A stretch of DNA of 64,000 bases. It comes from a virus. The notes under the pieces are model-generated. The model was not told the origin of the DNA. It saw only the letters and a program-made list of their open reading frames with translations, and ran no database searches. Where the stretch lies: IMG/VR virus record IMGVR_UViG_3300045988_138000, one strand, 5' to 3'. This document shows positions 26,374-35,643 of this stretch, piece by piece. A program made the position numbers and the translations under genes. Within the stretch, counting starts at the first letter, position 1. Each line of letters begins with the position of its first letter.

Positions 26374-26703
26374 ATGGCAAAGATTATTTATTTCGGGACA
26401 GAAGGCAACGGGCAGGCAGGACACTACCCTATGGGTATCGACAAATACCTTACCCTCGAAGAATGCAAAATATGGACTGAATGTGACAACGAGACGTGGA
26501 TCAATAACATCTACAAGAATCCCGGTCGTCACTTGATAAAACATCACGGTGTTGGATATACCAACTATGCCGTGCCGTTCTCCGTAGATGATGAAAGGGG
26601 TATGTCGCATACTGAAGTATTTTGGGAAGGAATACACTCCGAGGAGGAAATGATAGAGCTTATTAAAAGCAACACTTTCTTGAAAAAACAATTCAAAATG
26701 TAA
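26374..26703 (+). CDS. hypothetical protein (109 aa)
   Basis: Track ORF, 21 nt after the preceding stop. Confidence 0.55.
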   Translation: MAKIIYFGTEGNGQAGHYPMGIDKYLTLEECKIWTECDNETWINNIYKNPGRHLIKHHGVGYTNYAVPFSVDDERGMSHTEVFWEGIHSEEEMIELIKSNTFLKKQFKM

Positions 26704-26709
26704 GCGACA

Positions 26710-26991
26710 ATGATAACAATAAAAATCAAGACATGGAAGGACTGGAAGAAGGACTTCATCGATTGGGTAAAGGAGCCAGGGCGCAAGACGTGCAAGGAGT
26801 ATGTGGACTATATGGAGGCTTTACAAAAACAGACTCTCTACCAAATAATAGAGGACACTTGTGATAAATACAACAATATGCGTGAGGATCAAATCAAAGA
26901 CATCACAGAAGCAGTAGAAAAATGCGTGTCTGCTTGTGCTGAAGAAACACGCAAGTTAATCGATGAATGTCAGCCCGCAAAATTCTTCTAA
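26710..26991 (+). CDS. hypothetical protein (93 aa)
   Basis: Track ORF in operon. Confidence 0.5.
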   Translation: MITIKIKTWKDWKKDFIDWVKEPGRKTCKEYVDYMEALQKQTLYQIIEDTCDKYNNMREDQIKDITEAVEKCVSACAEETRKLIDECQPAKFF

Positions 26992-27032
26992 GACTGGAAC
27001 TTTCATTATAAGCAACAAAAACTCTACACAAC

Positions 27033-27641
27033 ATGAATAACAACATAAAAAGAAAGGACTGGGTAGGCGGCTCGGCTGCTGTATTCAAGACGTTGGGCGC
27101 AAGCAACCATACGAATGCGGATAGACAGCGGGAGGATTACTATGCCACTGAGCCAAAGGCGACGGAATGGCTGTGCAAGCTGGAGCGGTTTGAGGGCAGG
27201 ATTCTTGAGCCGTCGTGTGGCGAGGGGCACATGAGCGAGGTGCTGAAGGCAGCAGGGTATGAGGTGGTGAGCCGCGACCTTGTGGATAGAGGGTACGGCG
27301 AGGTGGCCGACTTCCTCGCTATTGATAATTTGGCGTGGGACGGAAACATCGTTACAAATCCTCCCTACAAATTCGCGCAGCAGTTTGTGGAGAAGGCTCT
27401 GAGCATCATCCCCGAAGGAAAGAAGGTGGCGATGTTCCTGAAGCTGACTTTCCTCGAAGGCAAGGGTCGACGCGCTCTCTTCCGTTCTACCCCACCTATT
27501 CGTGTTTGGGTAAGTTCATCGCGACTGAAATGTGCTCCCAACGGCGACTTCAACGCTATTGTGGGCAGCGCCGCGGCTTACGCCTGGTTTGTATGGGAGA
27601 AAGGGTATAAAGGCGAGACAACTGTAAAGTGGTTTAACTGA
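27033..27641 (+). CDS. N6-adenine DNA methyltransferase (small NPPY type)
   Basis: ILEPSCGEGH (motif I) followed by IVTNPPYK (motif IV). Confidence 0.75.
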   Translation: MNNNIKRKDWVGGSAAVFKTLGASNHTNADRQREDYYATEPKATEWLCKLERFEGRILEPSCGEGHMSEVLKAAGYEVVSRDLVDRGYGEVADFLAIDNLAWDGNIVTNPPYKFAQQFVEKALSIIPEGKKVAMFLKLTFLEGKGRRALFRSTPPIRVWVSSSRLKCAPNGDFNAIVGSAAAYAWFVWEKGYKGETTVKWFN

Positions 27642-27663
27642 TAATTTTACAAAACAACAAAGC

Positions 27664-28441
27664 ATGATAGAACTGAATAAGATATATAATGAAGACTGCC
27701 TCGACGGGATGAAAAGGATTCCGAACGGAAGCGTGGATTGCATCATTTGCGATTTGCCGTATGGTACTACTGCTTGCGCTTGGGATAGCGTGCTTCCGTT
27801 TGATAAGTTGTGGGAGCAATATCATCGTGTTCTCAAAATGGGGGGGGGTAGTTCTTCTTTTTGGCAGTGAACCATTCAGTACTTCCATTCGCACAAGCAA
27901 TATGAAAGAATGGCGATATGATTGGATATGGAAAAAGAATACTTCGGCAGGTTTCGTTCATGCCAAGAACAGACCTCTGAAGAATTACGAGATAATATCT
28001 GCATTTTGCCGTTTCGGAATGGGCCATAAGAGCATAATGGGAGAGAAGCGTATGCCATACAATCCGCAAGATTTGCGACCATGCCACAAGGTTAGGCATA
28101 ATTCACTAAACAAATTCGGTGGGGTTATAGGCAAAAGACCTTCTCAGAAAGGGACAGTCGTAACGGAATGGGAGAACTATCCTACATCCATTCTTGAGTT
28201 TAACGTGGAAACTGACTCTTTTCACCCCACTCAAAAGCCCGTAGCTCTTATTCAGTACCTCATCCGTACCTACTCCAACGAGGGCGACACCATCTTAGAC
28301 AACTGTATGGGTAGCGGAACCACCGCCATTGCAGCCATCCGCGAGAAGCGTAACTTCATCGGCTTCGAGCTCAATAAGGAGTATTACGACAAGGCTTGCA
28401 AGCGCATTAAATTGGAGATGGCGCAGCCGACCCTCTTCTAA
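27664..28441 (+). pseudogene. beta-class N6/N4 DNA methyltransferase interrupted by a frameshift in a G9 run (possibly phase-variable)
   Basis: ORF 27664..27870 carries DCIICDLPYG (motif IV). ORF 27761..28441 carries FHPTQKPVAL and DNCMGSGTTAIAA (motif I). The frames change inside GGGGGGGGG at 27840-27848. Confidence 0.8.
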
Positions 28442-28475
28442 CAACATAACTAACAATTAACACAAAAATCAACAC

Positions 28476-28706
28476 ATGAGTAACAACCGACACAAATACT
28501 TCAACAAGGTGCCACCGTTCAAGCCGGACCCCGAACACTACACTCGCAAGCAGCGCTCATGGAAGGCGAAGGAGACCTACGAGACGGAGGATGATGCTTG
28601 GGAATATCTCAATCAGAACCCGAAGCTACTGGCGCAGGGCATGACGGTGTACCGATGCAGGACGTGCAGCAAATGGCATGTGGGGCATAAGACGCACAGC
28701 GAATAA
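28476..28706 (+). CDS. small hypothetical protein (76 aa), Zn-ribbon-like CRTCSKWH
   Basis: Track ORF directly upstream of the large terminase. Confidence 0.5.
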   Translation: MSNNRHKYFNKVPPFKPDPEHYTRKQRSWKAKETYETEDDAWEYLNQNPKLLAQGMTVYRCRTCSKWHVGHKTHSE

Positions 28707-28736
28707 GAAACACAACACAAAATCAGGATAACAACA

Positions 28737-30731
28737 ATGCAGCAAGCACATAACATTTACTTAACCAAATTCCAGCAGCAGTCGCTATACATGGGAGCCA
28801 AGGACGAGCGAGTGATTGCTGCCCGCCGTGTGGGTAAGACCGACGGACTGGTGGCTCCCTATGTCTGGACGGCATCAAACTCCATGCCTGGTATGCTCGG
28901 CGCATGGGTGGCTGTGTCGCGTCAGCAGGGCTTCGGCAAGACCATACCAAGTACGATGGCGGCCATGGAGCGTATGTTCGGCTTTACGCAGGGCATACAC
29001 TTCGGTTGGGGTCGCCCACCGAAACATGCTCGCGAGAGTATCTTCAAACCTAAGAACTACGACAACTACATTTGGTTTGCCAATGGTTCCGGTTGGGTGC
29101 TTATCTCGCTCTCGCAGACCGCCTCTGCCAACTCTTACACGTTCTCGGCTATGGTAGGCGACGAGGCGAGGTTCTTTCCCTATAAGAAAGTGACCGACGA
29201 GTTGATGCCGGCGCTTTCAGGACAGACGCATCCCTTGGGCGACATCAACTTCTCCGACCACAACCCGATGTATAAAAGTACACGCTTCCTATCCGATGCC
29301 TCGCTCACAGCCAAAGGTTCGTGGCTGGAGAAAGAGGAGGAGAAACTGGACTTGACGGTGGAGACGGGACCATACAAGGGCCATACCTACCGATGGGTGC
29401 AGGAGCAGTTGGAGGATTACGCCAACAAGGTGATACGCTACAACGACCTGCTGTATAACGCCAAGAAGACCAGTCACTCGGTGCGTGTGGTACCGAAGGA
29501 GTTGCGCACGATGATCCGTGCCGTGGCTCTGAAGATGATGAAGCATGAGGGGCAGTTCCGCATTATGCCCAACCATGGGCAACACGTCACAAAGGGTATG
29601 GTGGAGATGGCGGTAAACTATAAGCTCATTTCGCAGGACGATGCCGAACTGATTTACGATTACGAATACCTTATCACGCCGGAAGAGGATTTTGAGATGC
29701 AGATGTTCCAGCGCTCAAAGAAATTCTCCGAAAACTATCTGCGTGAACTGCGCCGTGTGGCTTTCTGTGTGCGCCGTGCGTCATCGCTCGACAATGTGGA
29801 TATTCTGGGTGAAGACTATATCCGTCAGATGAAGCGAGACCTTCCACCCTACACTTTCGCCGTTTCAATTCTCAATGTAAAGATACAGAAGAGTAACGAC
29901 GGCTTTTACTCCAACCTCGACATCGATCATGTCCACGGATATATCCCCGACGAGATAGACCCTTTATCGTCTGCAAAATTCACTACGCAAAAGGTATCGG
30001 GCATCATCGGTGGTAAGAAAGTCACGAGCGAGAGTTATCAACCCGACTTCAAGGAGTTGGGCGAGCGAAACGACTCGCGCCAGGATTCCGACTGCATCAA
30101 CTCCCTTCCTCTGTATATAGCCCTCGACTATAATGCCAATATCAATACGTTGGTGGTCGGACAGATGTATGAGCGTGACGGCATGGAATGTCTGAACGTC
30201 ATCAAGAGTTTCTATGTGAAGAACGAGCGCAAGCTGCGTGATGTGATAGCCGATTTCTCCGACTATTACGCACCGAAGCGAGCCATCAACCGTGACGTGA
30301 CGTATTTCTATGATGCCACGGCAAAGCAGGGAGCGTCGTATGCTTCGTCGGACGAGCGATTCTACATGACCGTGATTGAAGAGTTGGAGAAGCACGGTTG
30401 GAACGTGACGGCCATAGATATGGGTGCTCCCGAAAAGCACGAGGTGAAGCACAAAATCATCAACGACGGCTTGGCGCACCTCTCCTACCCTGCCATCCGC
30501 ATCAACCAGGTAAACAACCCCGACCTTATCATTGCCATGCAACTCTGCGAGGTGCAGATTTCGTACAAGGGTTTCCACAAAGACAAAAGCCAAGAGAAGA
30601 AGCCCGAGAGCGAGGACACGCTACCCCTGCAGCAACGTACCGACTTCACGGATGCCTTCGATACGCTGTACTTAGGTTGCAAGTTCTTCCGAGTCGGTGG
30701 CGGTTGGTTCGTATTGCCGAGTGGAAGATAG
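28737..30731 (+). CDS. terL: terminase large subunit
   Basis: Walker A-like AARRVGKTDG, Walker B AMVGDEARF, and C-terminal nuclease-type acidic motifs (IALDYNANI, FYDATAKQG). 664 aa. Confidence 0.75.
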   Translation: MQQAHNIYLTKFQQQSLYMGAKDERVIAARRVGKTDGLVAPYVWTASNSMPGMLGAWVAVSRQQGFGKTIPSTMAAMERMFGFTQGIHFGWGRPPKHARESIFKPKNYDNYIWFANGSGWVLISLSQTASANSYTFSAMVGDEARFFPYKKVTDELMPALSGQTHPLGDINFSDHNPMYKSTRFLSDASLTAKGSWLEKEEEKLDLTVETGPYKGHTYRWVQEQLEDYANKVIRYNDLLYNAKKTSHSVRVVPKELRTMIRAVALKMMKHEGQFRIMPNHGQHVTKGMVEMAVNYKLISQDDAELIYDYEYLITPEEDFEMQMFQRSKKFSENYLRELRRVAFCVRRASSLDNVDILGEDYIRQMKRDLPPYTFAVSILNVKIQKSNDGFYSNLDIDHVHGYIPDEIDPLSSAKFTTQKVSGIIGGKKVTSESYQPDFKELGERNDSRQDSDCINSLPLYIALDYNANINTLVVGQMYERDGMECLNVIKSFYVKNERKLRDVIADFSDYYAPKRAINRDVTYFYDATAKQGASYASSDERFYMTVIEELEKHGWNVTAIDMGAPEKHEVKHKIINDGLAHLSYPAIRINQVNNPDLIIAMQLCEVQISYKGFHKDKSQEKKPESEDTLPLQQRTDFTDAFDTLYLGCKFFRVGGGWFVLPSGR

Positions 30732-30763
30732 GGGTTGAGTTTTGAGCTTTGCATAAGAAAGGC

Positions 30764-30801
30764 GAAGGGCAGCCGTTATCACAACGGCTGCCCTTCTTTT
30801 T
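30764..30801. terminator. bidirectional terminator between convergent operons
   Basis: 14-bp perfect stem GAAGGGCAGCCGTT / AACGGCTGCCCTTC followed by TTTTT on the plus strand. Confidence 0.75.
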
Positions 30802-30843
30802 GAATAAACAAATAAGGATATTTTGATGTAATATGATTAAAGA

Positions 30844-31488
30844 TTACTTATTTCTTTGTTTACCAAGACGATATTTGTGCGTCTTAAAAAGAGGACGAGT
30901 AAGTCTTGCGGAGACTGAGTAAGAAGACGGAGTATTGAATACCTCTGCTTTAAATCTTACCGTATAGCCCACCTTCTTTATATAGCCGTTGATGTGCTTC
31001 ACATCCTCCATCGTGAGGGTCGCCATTTTGTATGTCCCTCGTAGATGCAAAGACGCATACCTGCCGATAAGATTACAGAAACCCATCGAATAGTCGCTAT
31101 ATGGCATCGGCAAAGTATCGTCTGCCACATAGAGGGTCTCAACGTTGTTCGACTCGTGTATCAAAAAAGCATAACACATGACCATCTTTCCTTTCTCACA
31201 GGGACTTTTCAAAATGGCAATAATATACGTCCCAGGATGTTCGGAATCTAAAAACTTGTAATATATGCCGTTAGCAGCATCATAACGGTCGCGGTCTCCA
31301 GGGGCAGCACTCCCCATACTAAACTCTATATTCTTGTTCCTCTCAGCACCACTGCCATTTGCGGACAACTGGCTTATGCGCTGTTCCAGCTCTTTAATGC
31401 TCTTAGCGTGCTCGTCGAGCGTGTCTATCACAGACCCCATATTGTCCATCAATGCCTGCAATAGTTTTTCTTTTAATTGTTTACACAT
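30844..31488 (-). CDS. hypothetical protein (214 aa)
   Basis: Track ORF, last gene of the long leftward early operon. Confidence 0.55.
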   Translation of the reverse strand: MCKQLKEKLLQALMDNMGSVIDTLDEHAKSIKELEQRISQLSANGSGAERNKNIEFSMGSAAPGDRDRYDAANGIYYKFLDSEHPGTYIIAILKSPCEKGKMVMCYAFLIHESNNVETLYVADDTLPMPYSDYSMGFCNLIGRYASLHLRGTYKMATLTMEDVKHINGYIKKVGYTVRFKAEVFNTPSSYSVSARLTRPLFKTHKYRLGKQRNK

Positions 31489-31564
31489 ATCTTTTTATGT
31501 TTTAAAATTTACTCTTTTTCTTCCTTCAGCATTACAAATTGCTTTGTGGATTGGGATGTTATCA

Positions 31565-32191
31565 TTACAAGAACACTGGCAGTCTGCGCCACACGCCACC
31601 ATTCGGCTGAAACTCCTCCTGCCATTCCCGATATTCCACTTCAAACTTTGCACCATAAAAAGCCAAACCTTTGAGATGAAGGCTCTCGATGAATTTCTCC
31701 TGCTCCTCACGAGTCATAAAGTCATTAGGCATGAGGATGAGGCGGTTGCTACGGACATGGATGAAGAACTCTGGCGCAAAATCTCGCTTCGTCAGCATCT
31801 TTTTAATCGCCGCATAGTCGCACTTGTTTTTAGGCGAAAAGTTTATGCCATCCACATAGGTAAAGAGTTGATCGTAGTGGACCATTACTTCCTCGTTGAG
31901 AAACATCCATCTACCAGAAGTGTAGATATATAGCTGCTTGATGTTAGGATAATCATGGCGCAGGTGTGAGCATATATCTATGATACCTGTCACATAGAAT
32001 GGGTCTCCACCAGTGAGCATAACGGTATGTGCAGCCTTCAGCTCCTCTACGGTAGCCACTGGCACCGTATCGAGGTCGTACTGCTTGTTGCAGCAAAACG
32101 GACAAGAGTTACCACACCATCTGTTAATCATCAAAAGAATGGCTCCCTTATCGGCTCCCGGCTCGTCAGTATATTTACGTTTTGTTTCCAT
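31565..32191 (-). CDS. radical SAM protein (small, NrdG/QueE-like activase type)
   Basis: INRWCGNSCPFCCN is a CxxxCxxC cluster motif. VMLTGGDPF is a SAM-binding GGE-like motif. 208 aa. Confidence 0.7.
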   Translation of the reverse strand: METKRKYTDEPGADKGAILLMINRWCGNSCPFCCNKQYDLDTVPVATVEELKAAHTVMLTGGDPFYVTGIIDICSHLRHDYPNIKQLYIYTSGRWMFLNEEVMVHYDQLFTYVDGINFSPKNKCDYAAIKKMLTKRDFAPEFFIHVRSNRLILMPNDFMTREEQEKFIESLHLKGLAFYGAKFEVEYREWQEEFQPNGGVWRRLPVFL

Positions 32192-32217
32192 ATTATATAA
32201 ATTGTTTAATTCAATCT

Positions 32218-32877
32218 TTAATCTGCCAATCTATTCCGCATCATCGACAGCCAGCTCACCACCGATTGATAGTCAGTAGAGCGAAAACGATAACGCTTGT
32301 AGTTGGCTGTTATCTCGCCGACCCAGCGGATGCGCTGCGACTTCACGAAGCCGATACCTCGGACAACATGACCTGCAGAGCCCCTGCCTTTCTGCTCGCG
32401 TCCTTTTGCGTCGCGCTGTATCTCCTGATAGATAGTGCCGGTACGACGGGCACCGCGTGAATGGGAGGAAATAATCGGCTCGTTCTGAGGGGCAACATCT
32501 TTCATCACAAATTTCGCCTTGCATGCCTTTTCCACTACTTGCCTGATATATTCAGGCGATTTCTTTAATTTGTATTTATAAGCCAATCTCGCCAAAGCGA
32601 GTTCGCCTATACCCAAATATAACATTAACTTAGAATTTGGCATGGTGGCGTAATTGTCGCACAGCCATTTCGCTTGACTGCCCGTAATTCTGTCGCCTCG
32701 CGCCCTTATCATTGCCATTGTAACACGATCTTTTTCCCATCCATGCGAAACAGCAAGACGATGTAATCCAGCACGGCTAATATCATACTGTGAACAGAGC
32801 ATGACATTTGCAGTTGTCGGATAAACCAAAGAGAGAGAATGAATCTCGTCTTCGGAAAGAGAGCTATAGTTTCGCAT
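32218..32877 (-). CDS. hypothetical DNA-binding-like protein (219 aa)
   Basis: Track ORF. The C-terminal GIGFVKSQRIRWVGEITANYKRYRF is loosely AP2-like. Confidence 0.5.
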   Translation of the reverse strand: MRNYSSLSEDEIHSLSLVYPTTANVMLCSQYDISRAGLHRLAVSHGWEKDRVTMAMIRARGDRITGSQAKWLCDNYATMPNSKLMLYLGIGELALARLAYKYKLKKSPEYIRQVVEKACKAKFVMKDVAPQNEPIISSHSRGARRTGTIYQEIQRDAKGREQKGRGSAGHVVRGIGFVKSQRIRWVGEITANYKRYRFRSTDYQSVVSWLSMMRNRLAD

Positions 32878-32887
32878 ATCTTTTCTT

Positions 32888-33871
32888 TTATTTATTGTTT
32901 TCTTCCTTTACCGCACTGGTCGCAGGCTTCTCATAAATATCGAATTTGCGTTTGGTTGGACACCAACAGATTCCGGCGGCGTGCAGCGCATTGTCTATTG
33001 TGATTTCAGTCGCAAGATCGGCTGGAATGATAGACAGAGGGACACCATCTTGGCAGAGGTGGTCGAGATAGATACATGGACCAAAGTATATGCCGTCATT
33101 AAAACCAATAAAGGTCATGCTGTACTCAAAACCTCCAATATCTTTGTTTTTCTTCACCATGGAATAAAGGTAGACGGTTCTGTTCTCTACATCGTAGCAG
33201 TTGAAAATGGCTGCATAAGAAGCCAGTCCGCAGCCAGGCTTTGCGTAGGTAAGCTCTACGTACTGACCAGTATTGAATGGCGGAAGGAGTTCAAAACCTT
33301 TACAACTGGAGAAAAGACGACCCGTGAATTTTTCGATTTTACGGTAAAACTCTCGGGTGTCTTCTTCGTTGAGTCTGCAGTAACTATTGACGGAAATCTT
33401 ACACTTTTCGCCATCCGAGGTCTTGGGGCATTCCTTTATACTCTGGATGTCTGAATAACTGTCCTCAAAAACTTCCACCAGCGGGATAAAAGTGTTATAA
33501 TCATCATTGTTTACCTTATCGACAATAAAGAATGGGCCGTCGTATTCGTAAGGACGTCTCACTACCGTGCCCTTGCGCCACGTCAGCACGTCCCATTTCG
33601 CTTTACTTGGATTAGGATGTATCACACAGTCGGAACCTAAAAGGTCTGAGATTTCGATGTTTCCTACTTTGAGTTTCAGACAGCCCTCCTTATTGAACGT
33701 AAGGTAGGCGGTCTTTGGGTCGGCTTCTTTATCGGCGATGGCACAGAAAATCTCGTCATCCGTCACGTCTATCAACGTCATCCAACCGCACAGGTCGCAC
33801 CACAATTGCATTCCTACCCTGCCGTATTGAAACAGAACCTCCTTCACGTTTTCTAAATTTCTCTGGCTCAT
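32888..33871 (-). CDS. hypothetical protein (327 aa)
   Basis: Track ORF 32888..33940 with the start moved to MSQRNLENVKEV. The upstream 23 codons lack support. Confidence 0.55.
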   Translation of the reverse strand: MSQRNLENVKEVLFQYGRVGMQLWCDLCGWMTLIDVTDDEIFCAIADKEADPKTAYLTFNKEGCLKLKVGNIEISDLLGSDCVIHPNPSKAKWDVLTWRKGTVVRRPYEYDGPFFIVDKVNNDDYNTFIPLVEVFEDSYSDIQSIKECPKTSDGEKCKISVNSYCRLNEEDTREFYRKIEKFTGRLFSSCKGFELLPPFNTGQYVELTYAKPGCGLASYAAIFNCYDVENRTVYLYSMVKKNKDIGGFEYSMTFIGFNDGIYFGPCIYLDHLCQDGVPLSIIPADLATEITIDNALHAAGICWCPTKRKFDIYEKPATSAVKEENNK

Positions 33872-33967
33872 AATATATACATTTAACAAATTGATTAAAC
33901 ATTCTGTTCTCTTTACTTGTCGCTGTCCGAACATGAGCACCAGCCCACGAGTTTTAGTTCTATTTCA

Positions 33968-34621
33968 TCACTCATCGGCAGGCAAGCTGACCTGTGCCTC
34001 TGCCATTCTGTTCTTGCAGATCACACCAAGGCCTTCAATGACACCCAGGAATGAACTACATTCCTGACAATAAGCATAGCCAATCATGGCACTAACTGTT
34101 TTGTTGTATGGGCATTTCTCCCCCTTTATCGCATAGAGTTTTTTGTCCTCCACAAAGTAGTGAAATTCTTTTGCAATCCTCTTCAGCTTCACATTTTCCA
34201 ATTCCGTTTCATTACAACGGTCGCGCATCTGCTGCATCTCTTCCTGCGTCTGCTTCGACGGGGCTTCCACTTGTGGCGCATCCTTACTGCTCAACTGTTG
34301 CACTACGTCATTGTAGTCGGCCGTGAGTTGATGCACGCGCTGCTCAAGTTCTCCGTTCTTTCTTTCCAGTTCGTCGCAATGATCACGCATCTTCAGCATC
34401 TCGCCAAGCGTCTGCTTTGACGAGTCTTCATCCTTGCGCTTCTCCAGTCCGTGCTGTTGGCGCACGGCATCGTTGTAGTCGTCCGTGAGCTGATGCACGC
34501 GTTGCGTCATCTCAATGTTCTCTGCCTTCAAGTCGGCTACGATATAGGAAAGAGCCAACATACGTTTGTTTTCTTCTGTTGTCATTGTTTCTTGGGTTTT
34601 ATGTTTGTTACTCATATTCAT
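33968..34621 (-). CDS. coiled-coil protein with internal duplication and a Cys-rich C-terminal domain
   Basis: RVHQLTDDYNDAVRQ and RVHQLTADYNDVVQQ are repeated. C-terminus is CPYNK...YCQECSSF...ICKN. Confidence 0.55.
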   Translation of the reverse strand: MNMSNKHKTQETMTTEENKRMLALSYIVADLKAENIEMTQRVHQLTDDYNDAVRQQHGLEKRKDEDSSKQTLGEMLKMRDHCDELERKNGELEQRVHQLTADYNDVVQQLSSKDAPQVEAPSKQTQEEMQQMRDRCNETELENVKLKRIAKEFHYFVEDKKLYAIKGEKCPYNKTVSAMIGYAYCQECSSFLGVIEGLGVICKNRMAEAQVSLPADE

Positions 34622-34662
34622 ATACTATATGCGGTGTGGTATTGCCCAGTCCGTCGCGAGGA

Positions 34663-34785
34663 TCAGTAACACCCCCCGACCATTGAGGTTACGGCATGGG
34701 CTATCAGCTTGCGCGGTCGGCTCTTTACGAGGCCCTTGCCGTCCTTGCCGCTGCGTACCCATCCGATGTAATACTTGTCAGTCAT
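34663..34785 (-). CDS. small basic ORF (40 aa) in a GC-rich 130-bp island
   Basis: My translation is MTDKYYIGWVRSGKDGKGLVKSRPRKLIAHAVTSMVGGCY. Its ATG overlaps the upstream stop (ATGACTGA). Contains a G6 run at 34672-34677. Confidence 0.3.
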   Translation of the reverse strand: MTDKYYIGWVRSGKDGKGLVKSRPRKLIAHAVTSMVGGCY

Positions 34786-35590
34786 CGGTCTGTGGTAAGG
34801 TCAGATATATTCGTTCGTTAGCCTTGCACGACTCCCCTTGCATTCTACCTGCCTCTAACCCTGCTTTCTTTAGAGCTTCGTCACGCTCATGCTCCAGTTT
34901 TATGCAATATTCAGTTAGGCGATTGTATTCTTTCTGCAAGGCGTTGAAATCCTCGCGCAGTTGCTCGGGAGTGTGAATCTCTGAATCTAATGGCACAAGA
35001 CGCTGCTTTCTCTTGTCCCATATTTTCCCGATTCTCTCCACGGCATTGTTGAGAAGTTTTTCTTCCGTAGGCGTGGCGTATCTCAGTTCGATGCTTACTT
35101 CTTCTGCGCATGTACCGAGAAGATCAAGATGGACGTTAGGAGTAAGTTCGTCGCTGTTTTTGCACAAGCAGGCGTATGTTCTTATCTTGGGATAAGAATC
35201 TATAAATTCCACTTCGTTGAAAATCACAACGAAGGTCAGAATGTTGCCATCTTTATTCTTAATATCCATTGCCACGATGTCACCGGGCTGGAAGTTGAGC
35301 ACATTCCAACTTCGGTAAAGATGCGATAGAAACAGCATACACTCTCCTCTTTCAAAGTTCGCTAAACGCCCATTGCAACGAAAAAGAATGTCGTATGCTT
35401 CATCCTCGTCTGGATTAGGTAGGCCCATCTCAATGCCCGAAGCATTTGTTTTTTTCACATTCAGATAGCCGAACAAAGGTGAGTAAAGCGTGTCACCTTC
35501 AGTCAAACCGTAGAGGAAGGCTGCCATTTTTTCGATCTCGAAAAATTTAGCTTTTATCTCAGAGAAGCTTCTTGTTGATCTTTGTTTCAT
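34778..35590 (-). CDS. hypothetical protein (270 aa)
   Basis: Track ORF preceded by the 30-bp conserved leader. Confidence 0.55.
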   Translation of the reverse strand: MKQRSTRSFSEIKAKFFEIEKMAAFLYGLTEGDTLYSPLFGYLNVKKTNASGIEMGLPNPDEDEAYDILFRCNGRLANFERGECMLFLSHLYRSWNVLNFQPGDIVAMDIKNKDGNILTFVVIFNEVEFIDSYPKIRTYACLCKNSDELTPNVHLDLLGTCAEEVSIELRYATPTEEKLLNNAVERIGKIWDKRKQRLVPLDSEIHTPEQLREDFNALQKEYNRLTEYCIKLEHERDEALKKAGLEAGRMQGESCKANERIYLTLPQTDD

Positions 35591-35596
35591 TATGTT

Positions 35597-35626
35597 TCTA
35601 TTTTAAATTATTACTCATATTCTATC
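35597..35626 (-). repeat. 30-bp leader, exact copy 1 (GATAGAATATGAGTAATAATTTAAAATAGA on the minus strand)
   Basis: Identical 30-mer at 36546-36575. Ends 6 nt upstream of ATG 35590. Contains the mini-ORF ATG AGT AAT AAT TTA AAA TAG. Confidence 0.85.
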
Positions 35627-35643
35627 TTGTGATGTTATTCATA

